A DNA stretch of 64,000 nt, taken from contig CBDDDG010000012.1 in the NCBI GenBank assembly GCA_965226555.1, positions 32,001 through 96,000 of the forward strand, written 5' to 3'. This DNA comes from Salinispira sp. GTDB taxonomy: Bacteria; Spirochaetota; Spirochaetia; DSM-27196; Salinispiraceae. Position 1 is the stretch's first letter; every line of letters begins with the position of its first letter. Below, one piece after another: positions 49,147-58,569 of this stretch. A program made the translations under genes and the position numbers. Below the pieces are notes generated by a model. It had not been told where the DNA came from, did not search any database, and was given only the letters and a program-made list of their open reading frames with translations.

Positions 49147-52100
49147 CTACCGTTTTTCAAAGATGTTTTCGGCATCAAGATAACTCTCAAGCGACCAATT
49201 ATCCCGATATTCCTCAAGGTTCTGGATGATGAGCGCGGCAAGTTGATGGCTGCCCGATTGCCTCCGCGTGTCAGTAGCGGCGCCCGCGCCGGTTTTTGCA
49301 ACGGCAGCGGTGTCGGCAACAGATAGCGCAGCGGTAGCGGCAGCCGTGTTTCGGAGGTTGTTGAGCGCCGCTTCGAAGGCCTGCAATTTCTGCGGGACGA
49401 ATTTCGGGTTATTGCTGTATGGCGCGAGTTGCTCCAGAAATCGTTGGTAGTTTCGCAGCAGTTCTGCGGTGTTTTGCGCTGAATCCCCGGAGGGGTTCGT
49501 TATCTGTTTCGCGCGTTGTTCTGCGGTGGGGAGGGGTGAGCTGAACAGGTCGGCGAGGGCGCGGGTGATAACTGAGCGGAAGCGGATGTCCTGCGCGGCC
49601 TTGTGGATATTGTACGTGCCGATCCCTGCGAGTTCATCGTGGAGTTGGCGCCAGGAGGCATATTGATCATCATGAATTTCATGAATATTAAGATACACCT
49701 GAGCTTCGTAGCCCTGCAAACTGACAAAGAATCCCTGCCGGGCAAGATCATTGCTGGATCGGATATACCACAGTCCGCTCCGGCTTTCCTGCAGCAGACA
49801 GTATGTGTCTGCATGAGCGCTGAGCGCGAAATCTTCGGCAATTTTCTGCGGAATATATCCTGCCGCTGTTTGAAATGAATTATTGTAGACCACAAGCGCC
49901 CGCTCGCCCACACCATCGGCGCCATCGCCTTCATCTGCGCCCGTGCCCGCCGAGGCATTGCTGTAGGCAAAAACATTCTCCAGTACGCCCGTGTCGGAGA
50001 GAACATCGTAGAGGCGGAAATGCTCTACACCGGAAAAAAGCTCACGTTTTTTCATGAGCGGAAAAATCTCCCGCTCATGTCGCTGAATGAGATCCATTCT
50101 GGGATCTTCATCGAAATATGCCCGCTGATACTCCATACCATATTTTTCCGTGAACCCTTCAACCTGTCCATGGCCAAACATGGGAAGACCGGGCATGGTA
50201 ACCATGAGCGTACAGACACCGAAGTACTTATCGCCGTCTCCGAACTGGGCAATTGCCGTATCTTCATCGGGATTGTTCATGAAATTCACAAAACGCTTGA
50301 GAATTTCAGGATCATAGGCAATAGTATTCTTAATTGTTTCACGGTACTCAGCATTTTTCTCATTTTTGAGCATATTCATAAAAGCAGAATTATATACCCG
50401 GTGCATACCAAGATTGCGCACAAAGTATCCTTCCATCATCCAGAAAGCCTCTGCGAGAAGAATAGTCTCCGGCGCCTCCTTGTCAATGCGCTCCACTACT
50501 TCACGCCAGAATTCCCGAGGCATGATCCGGTTGAATTCCTCCCAGCTCAGGCCATGTTCGGAACGCGAAGAAATATCTCCCCCGCTGCCCGGAGCAGGAA
50601 ACCACAGGCGATGAATATGCTTTTTTGCAAGTGTCATAGCAGCATCGAAACGAATAATGGGGAAATTTCCGGCAACATGCAGAATTGTCTGAATAACAGC
50701 TTCTCTGGTATCGGGGTTGAGGTAATCCAACTGCGCAGTATCGTTCCAGGGCATACTGGTGCCATCGTTGCCATGGTAGATGTAGCGCGTCTCCCCCGTC
50801 CCAAAATCTACTCTCTTGAAAACAACCGCAGCATCACTCTGATCATAATAATGATCTTCAAGATACACACCCATATTCGAACTGGAAGAAAGATTTTCAG
50901 AGCTGAAGGTGTACGATGGATATGGCACCTGCGGTAATGACAGAAACCAGTCGGGGTGTTCCTGAACCCACAGGCTGTCAATGCCCGTATGATTCGGCAC
51001 CATATCGGCCGCCAAGCGGATTCCACGCGCCGCGCAGCGTTGCCGCAGATCGCTCAGGGCCTCCCAGCCGCCGATGCTCTGCGAAATTTCACAGCAATAC
51101 AATGCATAAGCCGAAGAAACGGCATCAGAATTACCGCAGCGCTGCTTAATTTCACGGGAAGCCGGGCTCCGTTCCCACAATCCTATCAGCCAGAGAGAAG
51201 TGAACCCCTGGGACTGCATTATATCCAGTTCTTCGTCCGGAATCTGATCAAGACGGTGAATGTGCCTGTTATATTTTTTCGTGAGTTGATCAAGCCAGAC
51301 GAGGGTACTTTTCGCAAGAAGTACAACCCTCGGCATCCAGTCTGTATCATGTGAAAAATCTGCATGATCTTCGATATCGCTGTATTCATACGGGCTCATA
51401 TCACCCCCGCCAAAGTCCGCCCCAGCCCGCGCAGCAAAACTATTCACTTCCTTCAGATAATCAACAGCCCTCAGCAGTACGGGGAGCATATCTCCCAGAA
51501 CATCGCTCCACAGCTCCATAATGCACTCAAGTTGATCCTGAAGTGATGTAGGGAATCTCCGCGCCGGTTCAAGAAGCAGAGAATACGGATCAATATCGCT
51601 CCCGGATGAATTACCCTGCGGAGAAAGGCTGTTACGAATGTGTTCAACAAGCTCGGTATATGACCGGAAGGCTCTCAGTTCTTTGTTATTGATCATGGCA
51701 GCAGCCGGGTTGAAAGCCGGATTCATATTTTCAAGATGGAGAACGAACAAATTCTCAAGAACATGCTCAGCCCGCTCATCGCCATCGCCCGCCGCATTGA
51801 GGTATGTCCCCGGATCTATCCCTCTGCGGTATAGGTCTTCAGAAGGAAAATACCGAATACATGTCTGAAGAATTTTCTGCAGACTACTGCTGTTCATTTT
51901 TGTCTGAATGTGATGGTATACCCCCCTGCCGGTTTTTTGAGCTTCAGAGGAAAAATAGTGCCGTATAATGGTATGGAAGGCAGTATGAATAATGCCCATT
52001 GCATAGAGGTTTTCAGCGCTAAGTTCTGGGTTTTTAGCAGATTTTTTCATCAACTCGTCTACCGCGCTGCGGGCGGCGGCAAGATCTTCAAAGAGGATTT

Positions 52101-52173
52101 TTCCCGATGAAAAAATTCTACTATCCGGAGGCATCTGCTCCCGGAAATCTCTGCGGATATGAAGTTCGTACAT
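49147..52173 (-). CDS. Large GH13 alpha-amylase-family protein
   Basis: DMVPNHTG, IRFDAAM, LAEAFW and NNPDE. Confidence 0.9.
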   Translation of the reverse strand: MYELHIRRDFREQMPPDSRIFSSGKILFEDLAAARSAVDELMKKSAKNPELSAENLYAMGIIHTAFHTIIRHYFSSEAQKTGRGVYHHIQTKMNSSSLQKILQTCIRYFPSEDLYRRGIDPGTYLNAAGDGDERAEHVLENLFVLHLENMNPAFNPAAAMINNKELRAFRSYTELVEHIRNSLSPQGNSSGSDIDPYSLLLEPARRFPTSLQDQLECIMELWSDVLGDMLPVLLRAVDYLKEVNSFAARAGADFGGGDMSPYEYSDIEDHADFSHDTDWMPRVVLLAKSTLVWLDQLTKKYNRHIHRLDQIPDEELDIMQSQGFTSLWLIGLWERSPASREIKQRCGNSDAVSSAYALYCCEISQSIGGWEALSDLRQRCAARGIRLAADMVPNHTGIDSLWVQEHPDWFLSLPQVPYPSYTFSSENLSSSSNMGVYLEDHYYDQSDAAVVFKRVDFGTGETRYIYHGNDGTSMPWNDTAQLDYLNPDTREAVIQTILHVAGNFPIIRFDAAMTLAKKHIHRLWFPAPGSGGDISSRSEHGLSWEEFNRIMPREFWREVVERIDKEAPETILLAEAFWMMEGYFVRNLGMHRVYNSAFMNMLKNEKNAEYRETIKNTIAYDPEILKRFVNFMNNPDEDTAIAQFGDGDKYFGVCTLMVTMPGLPMFGHGQVEGFTEKYGMEYQRAYFDEDPRMDLIQRHEREIFPLMKKRELFSGVEHFRLYDVLSDTGVLENVFAYSNASAGTGADEGDGADGVGERALVVYNNSFQTAAGYIPQKIAEDFALSAHADTYCLLQESRSGLWYIRSSNDLARQGFFVSLQGYEAQVYLNIHEIHDDQYASWRQLHDELAGIGTYNIHKAAQDIRFRSVITRALADLFSSPLPTAEQRAKQITNPSGDSAQNTAELLRNYQRFLEQLAPYSNNPKFVPQKLQAFEAALNNLRNTAAATAALSVADTAAVAKTGAGAATDTRRQSGSHQLAALIIQNLEEYRDNWSLESYLDAENIFEKR

Positions 52174-52512
52174 ACTATTCTCCTCCTTATTCGGGATTAT
52201 ACCGTAATGCTCTCTATTTTTAACATAGGTTCGTTACTTTTTAACACGTATGTATTAGAAATCTTGCACATCATCGGGGATAATGGTATTTTGAAGGGAA
52301 TTCACACAGAGAGATGCTCTCCGCTATCAATAACAAAATGATTTTTAGGTTTTGTACAACATGCAGAGAATGTGTTTTTTGATCAATCGGTTGCAGTCGG
52401 GATAGGATAAGGCAACACCCCGAAAAAGTATGAAAAGAACAAGAGAAACAAGCAGAAAACACCGAAAAACGGGGTCGCAGAACAAAAACCTCTGCGAAAA
52501 TGGGCAGATGGG

Positions 52513-52541
52513 TTGACACAGACGAATTTTTTGACGATACT
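52513..52541 (+). promoter_or_regulatory. Sigma-70-type promoter upstream of the lipoprotein gene
   Basis: TTGACA-N17-GATACT. Confidence 0.55.
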
Positions 52542-52746
52542 ATAGTACAGTGGAGCTTAAAAAAACGCTATTTCCGCTATGCAGTGGGAAATACCCGTGT
52601 TTCCAGAGCTTCCCTATGCAAAGTTCTGGGAATGGTGTAATCTTAATCTTAAGAAACAATGAATAATTTTTTCTGCGTGGAAAAAAGACTGCCAGCAGAT
52701 ATAATGGAGTTATTCAAAAGTTTCTAATACCTTGGAGGTAACATAT

Positions 52747-54304
52747 ATGAAAATTACGTCATACAGTTGGGGGGGGGGGGGTAGCCCTTTTCACATTCTG
52801 TGCAATAGCTATTGCGTTGATTTCTGGATGTCCAATGATAACTGCACCGCCGACCATGTCTGCTCCGACTCTGGTAGCGGGGAACGAACAGCTCACCGTA
52901 TCATGGATTGATCCTGCTACATGGAATTGGGGGTGGGGGGAGAACAACACAGACAACGATATTACTACATATCACCTGCGCTATCGGGAAGACGGCAGCG
53001 AGGGCTGGACGGAGATCAACTCCGGTATTACCGGCGTAAGCCACACCATTACCGAGCTGACAAACGGCCTCAGTTATGCCGTGCAGGTGCGCGCCGTCAA
53101 CGCGCAGGGCACTGGCGGCTGGTCGGCATCGGCCACGGCACGCCCTATTGCGCCGCCAACTGCGCCCCCTACCGCGCCGGGTACCATGGTTGCTCCAACC
53201 CTTGAAGTGGAAAATGGGTTACTCATTGCGAAATGGACTGCGCCGGAAAATGATGGCGGCAGCCCCATTACCGGGTATGAGCTGCAATATCGTACAGATG
53301 ACGGAGATTGGACGCGCATTACTTCCGGCATTGCCTGCGCACGCGGCGAGGGGCAGGCAGAAGTCTGTCATTTTTCCTTCTCATCGTACTCTCCCTACAC
53401 AATTCACAGCATTACGGCAGACGGCGCCAACTACCAACTACAGGTACGCGCCGTCAACGATCAAGGCGCGGGCAAATGGTCTTCATTCGCAATGTTCCCG
53501 TTTCCGTTTGCAACGCAGCTTCCAGCGGGCGAGTCAACGGTCGTAATTGTTCCGGCTGATATTGATAACCCCCTTGCCCCTGAAATTGCCACTGAGCTCA
53601 GCGTTTCTTTGACCACGGTGGGGGCGCGCAATATCACGGTCGAGGATGGAGACATTACGGCGGTTACTCCCACAGATACGCCCAATGGGGTCACCCCACC
53701 GACTGTCGATTCGAGCAGCGGACTTATTACGCTTACGGTTACCGCAGATACAACGGCAGGAACATATGTGATATATGACGATGCAATCGGAACCGATGGT
53801 CAACGGTTTGCCGAGTATTTCTCCGTTACCCTGAGTCCTCAAACTAACGCTGAACTGAAAACGGCGGTAACTGAGGCGATAGGAGACTACAACGATGACA
53901 ATGACTCTGGAATGTGGGGCAATACTGCCGATCTCAACTACATTATTACCACGGCAGTAAGAGATATGAGCCAGGTTTTTCAGAATGCAAGAACATTCAA
54001 TGGTGATATCTCACTCTGGGATGTCAGTTCGGTAACGAATATGACCAATATGTTCTTTTTTGCACCTGCATTCAATGGTGATATCTCGGGCTGGGATGTC
54101 AGCTCGGTAACGACTATGGAAGTTATGTTCAATAGTGCAACCGCATTCAATCAGAATCTTGAGGAGTGGAAGAACCATTGGACGCCTGCAACCGGCAACA
54201 AGCTTACTACCGCTGATCCTCCCAAATATACCGGAACCACAACAAATATGTTTACGAGTTCCGGCGTGAACACCGCTAATGGTAATGTGCCGTCATGGTA
54301 TTAG
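52747..54304 (+). CDS. Surface lipoprotein, 2x FN3 + DUF285 (BspA-like); frameshifted at a G13 tract (52769-52781)
   Basis: GGAGGT SD + ATG 52747; with G12 the frame reads MKITSYSWGGGVALFTFCAIAIALISG-C into ORF 52817. Confidence 0.88.
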
Positions 54305-54349
54305 TAGTTTCACAACCCGTAGGGGCTAGTGAAACGTTGCAATTCAACT

Positions 54350-54393
54350 CAGGCAGGCATGGGGCGCAGACCAGCCCCGTGCCTGCCTTTTTT
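54350..54393 (+). terminator. Rho-independent terminator
   Basis: AGGCAGGCATGGGGC-loop-GCCCCGTGCCTGCCT followed by a T run. Confidence 0.85.
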
Positions 54394-54706
54394 CGATAAG
54401 ACGGCCGGCCGGCAGCGGCGTCTCCTGCTCGCAATGCGACTGTTGCTGAGACGGTGAGCTGGTCGTAGACTTGCGCCTCCTGGGCTGGTCGCGCTTCAGC
54501 GCTGCTCGCCCAAGCATCCGGCTCGCTCATGCGCTGGATCAGGCTAATATCCCGAAAAAGAGGATACAACGCTTGCCAAGCTGGATCTGGACAAAATCCG
54601 CATTGAAACCCCCAGCTACATTGCAGGAAAAAAGAACCTTCACTGCGATCTCGTTGTCAGCACCCCCTTCCTGTCAGACCCCGACCGGAAAGCCCTGTTT
54701 ATTACT

Positions 54707-54830
54707 GAAAATTTTGCTCCGCAAAATTTTCCAATGAGGATTCTCTTATCTATACTCTTGATTCTCTCACGGTATAGAAAGTTTTGCCTTGGAAAATTGT
54801 GCAAGCACAATTTCCAGTAGCAAAACTTTT
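54707..54830. repeat. Modular palindromic repeat inserted at the Rpn IEHKS motif
   Basis: The intact paralog reads TTTATTATTGAGCACAAAAGC continuously at about 60660. Confidence 0.92.
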
Positions 54831-55328
54831 GTATTGAACACAAAAGCTACCTGAATAAACATGCTCTCACACAGATCGATGACTATCAATATGCCCTCAG
54901 AAACAGCAATGTGTACAATGAAAGGGATGCTATCTATATACTGCTGCTCTACCATGGAAAAAAGGAATGGAACCTCCAGCGCGAATTTTATAGTTCGCAT
55001 GGAAATCCAGCTTCCGAATCCCTTACCGAAGGCACGGTAGATGTCAGGGTGAAAGTGTCGTACATTGTGCGCGATCTTTGTAGAATGACAAAGAAACAGT
55101 TGGCATGGCGTTCTGATGAAAAACGATATACATCGACTGCGTTGTGGTATATAATGCGAGACAATGAGATGGATGTTGAGGGGCTGAAAGAAATTGCGCA
55201 GCTCCTGAACGGTTTGTCATCACAAGACTTTACTGATCTAGCAGAGAGTGTGCTAGGCTATCTGAAAGATCTAAATCCACAACTGTATGAACAGTTTGAG
55301 AAAATTGACAGGGAACTGTTCCCTAGAC

Positions 55329-55453
55329 AAAGTTTTGCCGCAGGCAAAACTTTCTACAAAATGAGAGAATGCCAAGCGCAACGAGGCATGCCAAATGTGA
55401 AACTTTTGCTACTGGAAATTGTGCAAAGCACAATTTTCCAATGCAAAAGTTTC
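55329..55453. repeat. Modular palindromic repeat inserted just upstream of the internal SD
   Basis: The intact paralog reads CTATATCCTGAAGGAGAAAACAGTATG continuously at about 61142. Confidence 0.92.
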
Positions 55454-55469
55454 AGTAGGAGAAAACAGT

Positions 55470-55700
55470 ATGCGGACATATAACATAACCAACGCCTTCG
55501 TCAGAGAAGGCATGGAGAAAGGCATTCTGAAAGGCCGGGTTGAGGGTCTTGAGCAGGGACTTGAGCAAGGACAAGCTCAGCTCCAGCGTGAGTATGTACT
55601 CAAAATGCTCAGGAAGGGCATGTCGATGGATATTATTCATGAGTTAACCGAGCTCAGCGAAGATGAAATTCGAGCATTTCAGAAAAACGGCGAAGCGTAG
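55470..55700 (+). CDS. Small C-terminal Rpn protein (RpnS-like, 76 aa) left as a stand-alone ORF
   Basis: TAGGAGAAAACAGT-ATG; MRTYNITNAF...LTELSEDEIRAFQKNGEA. Confidence 0.7.
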   Translation: MRTYNITNAFVREGMEKGILKGRVEGLEQGLEQGQAQLQREYVLKMLRKGMSMDIIHELTELSEDEIRAFQKNGEA

Positions 55701-55744
55701 CAGCGCATTACTTCAGCGCGCGCCGGGGTCAGGTCAAATAGTAC

Positions 55745-55887
55745 AAAGTTTTGCATTGATAAACTTTTGCTACTGAAAATTTTGCTCTGCAAAATTTTCC
55801 AATGAGGATTCTCTCATCCATATGTTTGATTCTCTCAAGGTATAGAAAGTTTTTCCACAGGAAAAACTTTATCAATGCAAAACCTTC
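55745..55887. repeat. Modular palindromic repeat, composite
   Basis: Outer AAAGTTTTGCATTGATAAA...TTTATCAATGCAAAACCTT enclosing inner hairpin modules. Confidence 0.9.
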
Positions 55888-55914
55888 TATTATAATTAAA
55901 CGGAGGATCAGGAA

Positions 55915-57222
55915 GTGTTATCGGGTCATGTAGAACTTATTCGGGAAGTCTTTAAATACTCTCATCGTTTTATTTCCAAACGCTTTGTCATTCAAATATC
56001 TTCTGAACTTTTTAATCATCGCCTGTTTCCTTCTCTCATAAGAGATATGGCCCTTCTCAGGCATAATGGATTTCAGCTTTTACTTGTCCCCGGCGCCCAG
56101 TTGCAAATTGACAATGTTCTCCAACAGTTTGATCGGGAGACAAATTTCAAAGAGGGACTTCGGATATCGGGAGAAGAAAACATGCCGCTTATTGTTATGG
56201 CAGCCTTCGATGTCGCCCACCGATTAATGACAGAATTCTCCAGTCAACAGTTAGATTCTGTTATCGGAAACTGGGTGCGGGCGCAGAGCCTCGGTGTTGT
56301 CGAGGGCAATGATTTTCAGATGACCGGCAGTGTACAAAAAATTAATACTGAGCAGATACTGCGAATTCTGGATGACGGCATCATTCCCATACTGCCCTGT
56401 GTCGGCTGGAATGCCACAGGACAAACCTACAATATTTCAAGTCTGAAACTTGCCCGCGCCTTGGCAGTGGAACTACAGGCAGAAAAGCTTTTTTACATAA
56501 GCGATTCTTTTTCTCTGAATGCTGAAACTGTAGATCTCGATGGAGTAGAAACGACCATTATTACCGATCAGGTGAGTAGTCTCAGCATTCACGATGCCGA
56601 GATATTTCTTGCTCAGAATAAAGAACGTTTGAAAGAAGATGATTTCACGTTTATTTCGGAATCGATTCAGGCGGTAAGCAGCGGGGTCACACGGGCGCAC
56701 ATTCTCAATGGATCGCTGGATGGAGCAATACTCCGTGAGATTTTCAGCACCCAAGGATGCGGTGTCATGATCCATATGAACCCTTTTAATGAAATTCGTT
56801 CCATGGAAGTGCATGACATAAGCGATGTTCTGCGTATTATGGCGCCGGAAGTTGAACGAGGTAACCTGCGCGAACGAAGCAGGAAGGAATTGTTACACAT
56901 GCAGGACGATTTTATCGTCTATGAATCGGACGGTTCCATTCAAGCCTGCGCTGCCCTTCATCGTTATGGAGAGAATATGGCAGAAATTGCAGCCTTAGCG
57001 GTTGATCCGCCGTTTAATAATCTTGGTATTGGGAACAAACTTCTTTTGTATATGATTGATCATGCCCGAAAACAGGGAATAGCAAAGGTTTTCGTACTCA
57101 CCACTCAGGCTGCCGATTGGTTTCTCAATGCGGGTTTTCATAGAGCTGATCCCTCAATTCTTCCTGAAGAACGTCCATATAATAATGACCGGAATAGCCG
57201 GATATACTATCTGGAATTGTAA
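55915..57222 (+). CDS. argA: Amino-acid N-acetyltransferase (AAK + GNAT)
   Basis: LQAEKL, GVTRAH, EIFSTQGCG, AEIAALAV and VFVLTTQAADWF. Confidence 0.9.
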   Translation: MLSGHVELIREVFKYSHRFISKRFVIQISSELFNHRLFPSLIRDMALLRHNGFQLLLVPGAQLQIDNVLQQFDRETNFKEGLRISGEENMPLIVMAAFDVAHRLMTEFSSQQLDSVIGNWVRAQSLGVVEGNDFQMTGSVQKINTEQILRILDDGIIPILPCVGWNATGQTYNISSLKLARALAVELQAEKLFYISDSFSLNAETVDLDGVETTIITDQVSSLSIHDAEIFLAQNKERLKEDDFTFISESIQAVSSGVTRAHILNGSLDGAILREIFSTQGCGVMIHMNPFNEIRSMEVHDISDVLRIMAPEVERGNLRERSRKELLHMQDDFIVYESDGSIQACAALHRYGENMAEIAALAVDPPFNNLGIGNKLLLYMIDHARKQGIAKVFVLTTQAADWFLNAGFHRADPSILPEERPYNNDRNSRIYYLEL

Positions 57223-57292
57223 ACGGGCAACATTTGGCAAAACCTGGTTTTTGCATTGATAAAGTTTTAGCACGCAGGCAGAGCAACGTCAA

Positions 57293-58345
57293 TTAATGCG
57301 ATCCGTTCCGCAATGTCCGCATTTCCTCATCGCTCAGCCCGGTAATTCTCTGAACAGCCTCGGTCGACAACCCTTCCAAAAACATACTGCGGGCCGTTTC
57401 TCGAATGCCTTCTTCACGACCTTCCTGTCGACCTGTTTGCAGTCCTGTCTGCAGTCCTTCCTGTCGACCTTCTTCACGGCCTTCCTGCCGACCTGTTTGC
57501 AGTCCTGTCTGCAGTCCTTCCTGCCGACCCATTTCCGCAATGTGCGCTCTGAATGTTTCCGCATTCATTCTGAACATTTTCGCTACCTCCTTACCTCTCG
57601 GTTCTTTTGTTCTTTCTAACTGGTTCATTAGCGTGTCAAAGTCTATAACAATTCCGAACATCGAATCTACCACGCCAATAAATTCCTTTATCAGCTCCAG
57701 CGATTCCTCATTCAGCATTTCTGCTATCGCGTTCTCCACCTTCTGAATGTCCCAATCCGTATTCAGCAGATTTTTCGAGTACAGATCAAGGTACATAACA
57801 GCCGCAAACATTCTTCCCCGCTGCTGCAGCTGCTCCGCAGAATAATCGCTCTCACTTATCAGCTCGTAAGGAAAAGGAGCAAGATACTGCGGGAATTTCC
57901 GCTTCCGTTGCTTTCTGACATTCCCGGGCACCTTCCATTTTCTCGTACCATTATAAAACACAATGGGCAGAAATATCAACTCGCAGTCATCGGGAATTGC
58001 GCCGGAGCGGTGAATGTTCCGGTAGAGAAGGTTTGTGTACTCCGACATGCGGAGGGGCATGTCTTTGTCCACTCCAGACTGATGCTCAAGGAGCACATAG
58101 ATAGCAACATCTCCCGTGTGATCCCGAGTTCTGATTTTGCAGATAATGTCGGCCATTCGTGTTTTCGCATGATCGATGAAAAAGGTACCGTTTTCGATGG
58201 TGATATCCTCGATTCGGAGTTTTTTCGTCCATGCGCCTCCGACAAAGCGTTGAAGAAATTGGAGCATTATTGCGGGTTGGAACAGCAGGGAGCGGTATCC
58301 TTGGTCGTAGGGAACGGGGGCGGGTTTTTCTTTGAAATCGATCAT
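57293..58345 (-). CDS. Rpn/YhgA-like PD-(D/E)XK nuclease, family 4 (RpnE), with internal small ORF 57293-57577
   Basis: YDQGYR, ADII, LLEHQSGVDKDMPLRM and PIVFYNG...W; CAGGAGG SD; internal AAGGAGGTAGCGAAA-ATG. Confidence 0.92.
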   Translation of the reverse strand: MIDFKEKPAPVPYDQGYRSLLFQPAIMLQFLQRFVGGAWTKKLRIEDITIENGTFFIDHAKTRMADIICKIRTRDHTGDVAIYVLLEHQSGVDKDMPLRMSEYTNLLYRNIHRSGAIPDDCELIFLPIVFYNGTRKWKVPGNVRKQRKRKFPQYLAPFPYELISESDYSAEQLQQRGRMFAAVMYLDLYSKNLLNTDWDIQKVENAIAEMLNEESLELIKEFIGVVDSMFGIVIDFDTLMNQLERTKEPRGKEVAKMFRMNAETFRAHIAEMGRQEGLQTGLQTGRQEGREEGRQEGLQTGLQTGRQEGREEGIRETARSMFLEGLSTEAVQRITGLSDEEMRTLRNGSH

Positions 58346-58569
58346 ATAATCCTCCTGAACGTTTCTTTCTGAATAGGGGAGCTCCCATGGCGACATGGTC
58401 CCATGGTGAATTCTCCCCTCTATATCTGTGACGGGTAAACTGTCATTTTTAACTATGTATTTTGAAAGAATTTGAAAAAAGTTTGCCTTTTATAAAACAT
58501 TTTTATTGCATGGATTCTTTGTACATGATACTATGCAACAATCTTATAATTTATCGTGAGGAGGAAATC

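Larger units (their letters stand above)
54560..55700 (+). pseudogene. Rpn family 2 pseudogene (RpnD): 5'-truncated, two repeat insertions
   Basis: Homologous to 60416-61501; insertions at 54707-54830 and 55329-55453. Confidence 0.92.
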
